64,000 nucleotides of DNA from Lepidodermella squamata (taxonomy: Eukaryota > Animalia > Gastrotricha): the NCBI GenBank assembly GCA_047495785.1, contig JBLDXI010000010.1:1426001-1490000 (forward strand), given 5' to 3'. The translations under genes and the position numbers were made by a program. Shown here piece after piece: positions 37,334 to 47,794 of this stretch. The stretch's first letter is position 1. Each line of letters begins with the position of its first letter. The notes under the pieces are model-generated. The model had not been told where the DNA came from. It worked only from the letters and a program-made list of their open reading frames with translations, and did not search any database.

Positions 37334-37691
37334 TTAGAGTGCGGCTGCTGCTATGGCCGGCGCGTTTGCAATGGCCTTCTGGGCAACCTTTTTGCCGATT
37401 TTCTTTATCTTACTGCCGATTTTCTTGATGGAGCGCTCGGCCTCTTTGGGTTTCGACTTAGGCCCATTCACTTCTTTTTTGGGTGTTTGAGCTCGTTTTG
37501 GCGATACATGATCTTCCTTGAGAGGTCCGTTGGGACGGGCCTCTCTAATGTCATGGTAACGAGCTGCCTCCTCCTCCTCAGCATATACAGCGACTACAGC
37601 CTAATAGAGCAAGAAACATGAGAAATGCAATTTTATGAGTGTTGGGCTTGAGGCAAACCGCTAGCAAGATGACAATCAGCAATTTGTTCAT
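37334..37691 (-). CDS. Two-exon secreted prepropeptide (99 aa) ending in a cationic amphipathic cecropin-like peptide; putative antimicrobial peptide precursor
   Basis: Exon 1 37691-37659 (MNKLLIVILLA), 58-nt GT...AG intron 37658-37601, exon 2 37600-37334. Product: MNKLLIVILLAAVVAVYA-EEEEAARYHDIREARPNGPLKEDHVSPKRAQTPKKEVNGPKSKPKEAER-SIKKIGSKIKKIGKKVAQKAIANAPAIAAAAL*. Splicing rebuilds a clean signal peptide ending V-Y-A. Confidence 0.8.
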
Positions 37692-37773
37692 TGCGGGAGA
37701 ATAAAAGTCGAGTCAAACTGAAATGATATTTTGCAGAAGATAAGAAAATGAAATTTTACGGCGATTGCATTTG

Positions 37774-37780
37774 TTATATA
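37774..37780 (-). promoter_or_regulatory. Candidate TATA box (TATATAA) for the peptide gene
   Basis: TATATAA on the minus strand about 85 bp upstream of ATG 37691. Position is the only support; no transcript evidence. Confidence 0.35.
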
Positions 37781-38605
37781 GCATCCTAAGCGGTTAGCAT
37801 CTGTACAAATTCTGTTATTTTTCGTTTGTTTTGTTGCGTGAAAAAGGAAAAGAAGAAAGTTAGCGGCTTACTGGTGTAGTTATCCGTTTGGAATCGTCGT
37901 TGTCATGCCCTGTCAGCTCGATGGTTAGGTGCTAGAATGCTCAGCTGGTGTATTTGGCTTTCTGACAAAGTATTACCTCTCGAGCTAAGCCCTTACGATG
38001 CGAGTAATTAAGCAATTCGAAAATACGCAATGAAGCGATCATAAAATAATGTAATGGAAAAGGCAGAGCCATCGCTTGTACACAGGTGGCCTTTCCACTC
38101 ACTCGGCGAAGCCTACAAACTCCGTTGTAGCAAGTGGTCGAAGCGTCCAAGCACCCCACTGGCGGCGAAGAGACAATGTTACGGCGATTGAAAAGATTTT
38201 ATATCTATAGCATCCTTGGCACCTGTGCAAATTTCATCCACGTTCATCGTTTTGTCTGGTCACGATATTTTTATTAAGTTTTATTAATTAGCGGCGGGCT
38301 TTCATTTTTCATTTTTTCAAATTTTTCAACTTGAAATTTCATAGGTTTCTGATATTTTTTTGATCCAACAAAAAATACCACCGTGTCTGCCATAGTCTCA
38401 TTGACCTCTGTGTCAATTTTTTCGAGTTGGAAATAAAAATGACGACGTATTGTAATTCAATCAAACCGGCCGAATTCGTATTATCCGCCAAAACTTACTC
38501 AGGCGGAGTGCGTGATTTTTGTGATTTTTGTCGCGAGGAAAAACCAGAAAAGCTGAATCCTGATCTGAATGCTGAATGCTGAGCCTCTAAAACCTTTTTC
38601 TTAAG

Positions 38606-38946
38606 TGAGGGAGATTTTTAGGAACATTCATGGGAGTAATTTATAATCTACAATTTCCTTGGATTAGGTGCCTTCAGCTTGGAAATTGTAGATTATAAAT
38701 TACTCCCATGATCGAGTCCCCCCTCGGCCCCGCGGTGGTTTTACCAATCCATCGCGTTACAAAATAGAAAATCGGGAGGCTGGGAGTGTCAGCTAGACTG
38801 CACCAGTCGAAATCCGTCATACGGAAATGTTCATCTCAATCTCTTACGATAAGACCTAGGGTTAGAGTAAGTGGCATGCCCTTCTAGTCCTCAAAGTTCG
38901 CTTTGAAAAAGAAATTATTATTATTTGTTCCTAAAAATCTCCCTCA
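38606..38946. mobile_element. MITE with perfect 21-bp TIRs containing a nested 84-bp perfect hairpin
   Basis: Outer TGAGGGAGATTTTTAGGAACA (38606-38626) / TGTTCCTAAAAATCTCCCTCA (38926-38946). Inner 31-bp arms at 38628-38658 / 38681-38711 with a 22-nt loop. Confidence 0.85.
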
Positions 38947-39219
38947 AGCCAAGCCGATTCCAGCCGATTTTTCGAGCACACTAATTTATGTTCGTTTTTG
39001 GTTAAAATAAAATTAACTAGTAAATACTTGTAAATTCGGCAAATAATTTCCCATCCCTGGCAGCTTTAGGATCCAAGATCGCACCCTGCTCAGTTTGTTA
39101 CAAGAACATTTTATTTTCCAATAGGAGTCTGAAACTCAAGTCGAAGTTAACACAAGATTATTAGTGTCAATGTGCTCGAGACTCAAGAAGAAATGACTGT
39201 AATGGAAATTGATGACTGA

Positions 39220-42200
39220 TTAGGAGTCTTCAGGAAGGTCCATTTCCCCGTCTATGTGTTGTGGTCTTCTCATTTTAGACGCCGTAGACAACGGCCTGGA
39301 TGTCTCCAGGGGATTGGCGATCATCATATCACCTTGCAAATTATTCAGATATCCAGCTGCAGCAAGTCGTTCCTCCTCCTTCTTCTGCTCGACTTCTTTT
39401 AGGAACTCATCTGCCGTGAACCTATTACGGATTTTGGCTCTCAGCTGCTTCAACTCCCTGTTACGATCTTTGTCGCGAATATACTTCGTAAGATGGCCGA
39501 AATTATGTCTCAGCTTCCTGAGATCTCTTGAAAGCGTGACGTAGTCGAGACAAACAATAACTCCGATGAAAAAGCCCAGAATCGCCAGGACAGTGGTCGC
39601 CGTGGCTACAGCAGTTGTAGATTCATACGATTTTTGCTTAGCCATAGCTTTAGGGGCTGATAACAGCGCATTCGGTGAGCAGAATAAAGGTTGCTTATCC
39701 CACGTTGAGTTTTCGTTACATCTCCAGTAGGCAATTCTGTTGGTCTGGTTTGGGGTAGGCTCGAAACCTTGATTCCAGTCGCATTCGAAAGCAACAACAG
39801 TGTTGTACAGAATAGTGCTGACTTCCGATGAAGAGTTCATGATACGATACGACGAAATTTCGAAATCCTGCGGCATCTCGCAACTTACAACTGGAAAAAT
39901 TCATTCTCAACAAAAATAAGACCTAGGTCTTTTTCAGGAATCTCACGTAAACATGATAGGCCGTTCGTGGACCAGTAACCGGAGTCTAAGCAAGTATTAA
40001 CAACCTGTTGAAGCGGGGTGGCCTCAGTTCCTGGCTCGATGTACAAGCTGCTAGCACCGAGGTTACATTTCATTGTATAGCTATCGCCGAATGCATATGT
40101 ACCACTTCTCTTGTTCGTAATATACGCATTGTCCTCCTCAACCGGCGTTCGGCATGTTACAACTGGTGGAAAAACATGTTTCTCAATGCGTCGCTCCTTA
40201 GGTTTAAGCATTTACCTGAGCATTTCGGCAGGTCCAGGGGGGTCCAAGTTCCGTTCGATTGGCATTTCTTGATGAAAAAGCTCAAGTCATTGTCTGGTTT
40301 GTAACCTTGAATGCAACTATAAGACGCCACTCCGCCGGTTTGGTTCGCAGAAACATTAAAGAATGTGTTTACTCCTTGAGTGAGACCTTTGCATGGCGGA
40401 ACTAGTTACAAACGGTATAAAAAGGATGGATCAGGTGAGAATTAGCTACTTACGCCCACATAGGGGGGCTCCATTGACCCAACTCCAGCCTGTTGCACCA
40501 GAGAAAGAGCATTTGGCCTTGCCCGTTGTGGAGCCCGTCATATTGAAACCAGGCAAACAGAAGTATTGTACTACATCATCTTTATAATACAACGTATCCG
40601 TAGTGAAGTTGACATAGTAGGCGTTGAATAACGGCGGAGGATCAGGACAAGGCGAGGTAAGACATTTAGGCTTCTTAGAATTGATCATGTACCAGTTCCC
40701 TGTAGCGGTGTTTGTGGTGAATGGGTCGCAAACATGCATGGCGGTATCCCCAGGCGCCTCTGGTTTAAAACCTTTGTCGCATACCATGATTGCTGATTGC
40801 ATGTAAGCGCTCAATCCGTTGAACGAAGATAACGGCCCAGCTGCCAAGATCCAATTCGAATTGGGAGCTAGCGTGATTCCTGAAGGAACGCTTGTACAAT
40901 TGTTAAGAGGATTCAGTCGTCTCCCGCATGTGTATGGACATGTAGATCGGACTGTGGAATCTTTTTCACAGAATCCTTGCGCGGCCATATCGCCGCAGGT
41001 GCAATTCTGGTCGGAAGCCAAGGACGGATCGACGTCGCACTCACAAGTTGCCCATTTTGTACAGCTAGCCTGGCAGGAGGGCCACATGAAGCCGGGGTTT
41101 GAGAGGCAGCTACCTTGATCACGCCAAGTTTTGCAACTTGGGCCGATGTCAGTTTTTGGCGTCAAACAAAGCGTTTTTGAGGTAGATGGCTCGCAGACAT
41201 TGGGTGATGAGCAGTAGTAGCCGGTTTTGCACGCCGGTGTGCAAAAATCTATTGATTTCCCGAAAATATGAATTTTGTTTTCAAATTTTGTTTTCAAATA
41301 GCTTACACTCATCACAGATTGCTCCGGTTAGAGTAGGTGGGCACTGACATGTGTTTGGCCCAACACATGTCCCTCCGTTGATGCAATTCGGATCACAGAT
41401 GGCTAAAATTGATAGTAATTTAATAGGGAATCTAGTTTCTACAAGGGATATGTACGATTTTCACATCGGGAGCCCGACCAGCCTGTGAGGCATTGGCAAG
41501 TTCTGTCCAGCAGGCACGTTCCGCCATTCTGACACTCGGGAGTGCAAACGGCTGTTCGAAAAGCATATATACACATATGAACGAAGTACATATTGAAAGC
41601 CTACGCATAGTGCAGTCAGGTCCAGTCCAAAAGGAAGTGCAAGCGCAGTAGTCTGCCCCAACGCATGTCCCGCCATTCGTGCAGTTGATATTAGGGCAAC
41701 CGATGTAAAACATCCGGCACAGGTTTTTCACTTTGATCAAATCAGTTAAAGGTAGCTCTTTGGAGAAGATCGAAACGCAGGCGAAATCAGAGTTTCCTTG
41801 GAAAATTCCACTGGTATACACCCTAAAAAACTAGGACTTATCAACAGGAAAGCGTAGCAAAGTCATGTTCACACCTTCGTCCTATGAGTAGCCAATCTGT
41901 TGTTGGAGGGGAACTCGCGTATGTTACATTCGCTACCAAGGTATCATTGCAGTACATGCTGAATATTTTCGTGGTTTGATTGTAAGTTACTGCCACGTAT
42001 TGCCATTTGTTCAGCATTGGACAAGACTTATTCGTCTGGGTACTGGAGATCGGATTAAACCAAATCACATCAGTCTGCTGGGCCATCCACAGGTGCGTAG
42101 CCGGGGATGTGTCGGCATTCGCGAACTCAAGGAATGGAGTTTGTGGGCTGTTGTAGGCTCGGACCCATAAGGCGAGTGAAAAGGAGCTCCCAAGATTCAC

Positions 42201-45200
42201 CTTGGAATTTTTTATCGAAATGAATCGACTAATGCCGGTAGCTGGCGCCAACGTTACGCTAGTAAAGGATCCGCCAAATGGACCAGAACTGTAAACCGGC
42301 TCACGGGAGAATTCGCCATGGACCTGATTAGTAGGACACGCATCTCTAGCTCCGTAATCGGCCGAAAGTGGCCAGTAAGCTACCATGGACGAATAAGAAG
42401 CCAAAGTGGCTGAAACGTAGCCCGTTACAATGACCTCTGAAAATTAGCCAACGTGAAAGCATTCGATTATTATTTTTCGATCTCACTTGTATCACAAACA
42501 GGGCCCGTCCAGCCAGCATTGCAAGAACAAACATTGTCGCCAGCACAAGCTCCGTTATTACAAGAAATTGTACACTTTCCTGTTGGAAGACAAGTAGGTA
42601 AAATCTTTCGAGATTAGGGATTCGACTTACTTGCGAATAGGCGGCAGATAGTTTTCAGTTCCATCATATCCTCCACACTCAAAACTTTCGAATGAACGGA
42701 AGCGCATGCGAATCTGCCAGTCCAGGTGATTTGAGAGGGATGCACAAAGCTGTATCCAAGGTAAAGAGTGGATGACGTGAGTGGAGGCGGAGAAGTCACA
42801 GTGTATGTCGTCGAGCTGAAAGCGTCGTCGCAGTAGTATCGTTGAATTTTCGTGGTTTTGTCATAGGTTATAGCCACGAAGGTCCATTGATTGAGAACCG
42901 TGCAAGCAGCTGGGATTCCACTAGGAGCTGCTGAGTAATAGTAAAGCTGATTTGTATTTCGGTGCCAAAGATACATCGCGTAAGTGGCACTCATCGCTGC
43001 TGGGTTAGACGAGTGAAGGTACTCGAATATGGGCTGAGGAGCGGCCACTGCATAGATATACGCGGTATAGGTCCATGAATTAGAACTTATATTCAGTCCC
43101 GGGGATTGAAAGGATACATAGCAACCAGGAGTGCCACTGCCGGTAGTTATCGCAGTATTCTCATAACCGAATGGACCAACGGAGTAAGTTAGCATGTTCG
43201 AGGGCATACCGGAAACCGAGTATACCTGGGCGACATCAGTTGCGCCAAAATCATAAGACAATGGCCAATAGGCGACAATCCCGGCCTGCGCTTGGATTTT
43301 GTTGAGGATATAAGTGTTATCCAAAGGCACTGAAAATTATAGAATTACTTTCACATAAATTAGAATTATAAATTGTTCTCACGAGTATCGCAGAGCAGAC
43401 CAGTCCAAGGAGATGGGCAATTACAAATTCCGATTCCCATACACGTTCCGCCATTATTGCAAGAAGTACTGCTGCAACTTGGTGTAAAATATCGGCACCA
43501 ATTTTTAACAGTATTCAGTTCTGTAGGCGTGAGCGCCTGGGTAAATATCGAGGCGCATGCAAAGCTACCACTGGCAACATTGGCCCCAGCAGATCTTGCC
43601 CCGAGGTAAAAGTTTTGCGCGGAAACGGGGGCGTAAGCGACTGAAAAGCCGCCAATGAATTGGTCACCGCAAAATAGATTCACCTTCAACGCTGTTTTAT
43701 CGAAAACCGCTGCAACGAACTGCCAATTAGTTACCATAGCACAACCAAGCGCGTAGCCGCCACCTGATCCCCCGGCATTGAACCACAGTGAATTAGCTGC
43801 TGGAAGTCCAGCAGTCGGAGGTATCCACTGCCAAAAATGCATATAAGTACTTGTTGCGTTGAAAAATTCTGCCAGTGGAACGGCATTCCCGTTGTCAAGG
43901 TTCAGCCACATGCTTATAGTGAAAGATGACGAGCCCATCGCAAGTTTCGGAGAACTGTATGTCGCAAAACGAGTTTGAGGCGAGCCTGCGCCCAGTTCAA
44001 CTGCTGTATTTTGGCCTCCAAATGGACCGTTCTCGAATTTGTGGATTGAATTGCTTGGTGTTCCGTCGATCTGATGCATCGTTATAGCCGTATTCGGACG
44101 TTAGGGGCCAGTAGGCAATCAAGCTTGGGAAACTCGCGAATTGAGTTCTCACAAAGGTTATATCGACCATTGCTATACAACTCCGTGGATAATAGGTTAT
44201 TTTCATTAAAATGATCGATCTTACGTGTTTTACAAGCGTTCCCAGTGAAAAGAGGTGGGCATTTGCATATGTTGTATCCAACACATGTGCCGCCATTCGA
44301 GCAACCCATAGGACAGTATACTTGAAACCAGGATGTTTTATGTTTTTATAGAAAACGAAGTAATTCATACCGGAGAATACCTTGCAGACATCTCGCACTT
44401 GTATCAGCTGACTCAATGAGAGAGCTGCCGCATGAAATGATATACAGGCCATTTTAACGTCGGAAGTTTTCTCGGGCTGCGCGGCACTGTTGTACAAAGC
44501 GGGATAGCTAATCGCAGGTAAAATCAACCATCAGCATATCAGCAAAAATTAACCCTCTTACCGGTAGCCCAGTGTCAAAGTCTCTGTGGTTACTGCATAA
44601 TTTGTCAGAGTTTTCGCTGCGCTAACAAAATTTGAACCACAAAAAAGCTGAATTGTGTTGGAAGTTCCTGTTTTCGTGAAGACGAGCGCGACGAATTGCC
44701 ACTGGCCTGTGTTAATGCAAGGCTCGGTGTACCCTCCTGTATGTGGGTTCATCGGAGTGTAATATATATTATTCCCACTAGGAGTATTGTGAGCATGCGT
44801 TCCGAAAGTATACGCCGGATCACCAGTCCAGTTAGTGAAGGCAAAAAATGGAAAGTCGCCGGCTGTTACAAAATTGATGTAACCAGCCCAGGTCCATGAC
44901 GCAGCTCCGAGAGACAACTGAGAGGATTGAATGAGTATCATCCTACCAGCGTTTATGTACGCTGCGGTATTCGGCATCAAAAACGGGCCATTCACGTATA
45001 CAGGTGTCGCGGGCGTTGAGACTCCGTCAATTTGATTCGATGTCTTAGCATCTCTTGCTGCGTAACTGCTTGTCAACGGCCAGTAAGCAATCAAACTAGG
45101 CAGATTGTTGATTTTTGAAGCGATATAAGCCGTATCAATCGGGGCTGTGTACGCTGTGGGCAAATACTTTCAATTAGCCAGATTAAGTATGATTAGTTGA

Positions 45201-46129
45201 GTTAGTACTTAGGCTGCAGGTTTGGCCGTAGTAAGGAGCTGGACACTTGCAGATATTGTACCCAGCACATACACCACCATTCACGCAACTTATCGATGGG
45301 CAAGCAGCTGAAAATACAAAAGGATATTCAAACGACTTCGGGGGAAGTTGAATTTACAGTAAAATGCTCGGCAGGCATCTTTCACTTCCAGCATGTCATC
45401 CAAGGTCAAAGCAGCCCTGTAGAAGGAACCGCAAGCAATACGGCCATTAGACACAGCATTAGTCGAATCACTGAAGAACAATATTCTGATGAAGAAGTAA
45501 ATGAATCCCGAAGCTTACCGTCTTCCGTTGTAAATTTTATCACTGAAAACCATCAACGATTTGGGATATGGCATGGCGGTTGTTGTTGAAAACGCGTCGT
45601 TGCAGAATAGTCTGAAAGTATTGCTTTTCGAGTCGTAAACAATGCCGAGGAAGTTGTAATCAATCATATTGCAAAACATCGTCAACCATTCCGATCCCGT
45701 CCCACCGTTCACCCCGATTATATTGGATCCAGTCTGCATGTAGTAGAAACCAAGGGTAGCAGGAGCGGGCGGATCATCCCATTCCAAAAACGGCATGTTC
45801 GTCCTAGAATCTGTATCTCGAAATTCTGTGTAAGTCCACGAGGAACCATCACCAAAGTTGAGCTGGGGGCTATTGACGATGACCCAGCCCTTGCCATTAT
45901 CCCAGCCATTGTTAGGCTGCTGATAAGCGCCCCAGGTGTCAACGATCATTGTACCGTACGAAGCAGCGCTGTTGATCTGATTGTTGTTTTTGGCGTCTTT
46001 GGTGGTGTAAGTCGAATCCCACGGCCAATAGGCCAAGCAATAAGGTAAGGAAGTCAATGTTGCATAGATCACGTCATTATCCGCCACAACGCGGTGGCAG
46101 AGAAATAAAATAAGGAGAAAGCTATTCAT
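39220..46129 (-). pseudogene. Paralog E: full receptor architecture (2-EGF stalk) but frameshifted by an 11-bp deletion in the LamG3 exon
   Basis: ATG at 46129 (MNSFLLILFLCHRVVA); all domains through TM and tail (39876-39220) are present. At about 44074 the minus strand reads GAT GCA T CAG ATC versus GAT GCG TGT TTG ACC AAT CAA ATC in D, shifting frame to a stop at 43997. Could also be a truncated secreted form or an assembly error. Confidence 0.75.
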
Positions 46130-46589
46130 CTTACGAATTCGTTGCAAATCTGAACTCAGAGCAAAGAAATGATCAAGCTAGAGCGCTTTTGTTTATACAG
46201 CAATAAACACGCCGTGTTGTGGTGACGCCATAGTAAGGCTACGGTACCTTGTAAATCATTTAGAGACCTATCAAATTCAGATCGTTTGATTAGGTGCGCT
46301 TATTTTAGCAAATCGATCCGTCTTCACTTCCATATATACAACTTGATCGATCTAGTTTTCATTGCATGCTTAGCTTGTGCGTTACAATTTCGTTGCTGCA
46401 AACTTTCCCTTTACTGAAAAAACCAGAGCATTTAATAGAATTGTTTGCATATGTTGTACGCCTTTAGAGGATCTAAGCTTATACGACATAGGCTTAAGCC
46501 TATACGGGATAAGCAATAATTTCAACTGCCATGGCGGCCAAACCGTGATGGTCACAGTCAATCCTCATATGTCAACCGGTTGCTGTAAT

Positions 46590-46950
46590 CAAGGGCTATC
46601 GATTATTGCCAGGTTGAAGTCGACGCGGCACATTCAGAGTCAAGTTTTGGCCAAAACCTTGATTCCAGTCACACTCGAAAGCAACGATCTGGTCGTAGAG
46701 CACAGTTGCTACCTCAGAAATCGTGTTCATTATGCGATATGTTGTGATCTCAAAGGTTTGCGGCATTTCACAGCTTACCGCTAAAAATTAAGAAATTCGA
46801 GATGACAAATTCAATGCCCTTGTTGAAGCTACTTACGAAGACAAGCCAATTGGTTTGTCGACCAATATCCGGATTCCAAACAAGTATTGACAACTTGCAT
46901 CATAGGTGAGTTGTCCGTACCGGGTTCTATGTACAAGCTGTTGGAGCCTT
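46590..46950 (-). pseudogene. Orphan fragment of the Sushi-4/Sushi-5 exons of a lost paralog
   Basis: Translates [37 protein letters not shown], then an intron (about 46836-46781), then [42 protein letters not shown], then frameshift/stop. No TM segment and no upstream exons. Confidence 0.85.
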
Positions 46951-47794
46951 ATTTGCTATATTTATTTGCTTATTTGCTGGACTGGACCTTCCTGCACAGA
47001 GCGTTTTAAACTAGCTTAAAACTAGCTGTATGAACTTTGTGGATTTTTGTGGATCAAGTCACAGGTGTTGCCAAGTCAAGTCATTTCAAAAAAGGTTCTG
47101 CAATTTGCTAGCTCTAATTTCACGCAAATATTTTCATCTGGAAACAATTTGCAGAGCTGGCGATACCCGAACTAAGAGCAGAATAGGCAAATGTGTGAGC
47201 TCTGAAGACTTTTGCCCTATGCTTTGCTGCGCGTTGCACCCAGCACCCACACATCCTTAATAAAGGGTTGGATATCGATATATACATTTCAATCAGTTAG
47301 GGGAACACGTAAACATAAACGGCAAAGTCGATACATTCTACATTTTCATTTTTGGAAGTTGTAGAAGGGCTTATTTCGTTGATGAGGGGACAGTTACCTA
47401 AATATGTATAAATAATGCGAGCACTTCTCAGTTCTTCCCTATCGGTTTTCGAATGTCCTGGAAACCCGGCTCTCTTATTTAAAATCAGTCCGTTATTCAG
47501 ACCCTGCATCATATTTCGACATTTTGCGGTTTTTAGACTTTAGACGGTATTTATTATTGCAGCTACGACACTACACTTCCGGTTACAATTTAGGTTCAAC
47601 AAAATATAGTTCTACGTACAGGCACATTTTGTTTCGGCTAGGTTTCGATACCAGGATGACCTTTACACGGTTGATCAAGCTAAGCTGTTCTTACTTTCGA
47701 AACCAAGGGTATTTATTGCAATAGATCTGTCAGGTGACTAATACTTTCCAGCGTCAAGAAAAAAGAAGCAACTATATATGCGTGAAAGAGTTCA

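Noticed and set aside
37319-37621. Plus-strand 100-aa ORF (MPEVNLECG...)
   Set aside because: Antisense shadow of exon 2 of the peptide gene; non-ATG start and no recognisable features.
37907-37960. tRNA/SINE-like start GCCCTGTCAGCTCGATGGTTAG
   Set aside because: Only an A-box-like resemblance; no B-box or cloverleaf found.
46377-46784. Plus-strand 135-aa ORF
   Set aside because: Overlaps the minus-strand Sushi relic; no independent coding signal.
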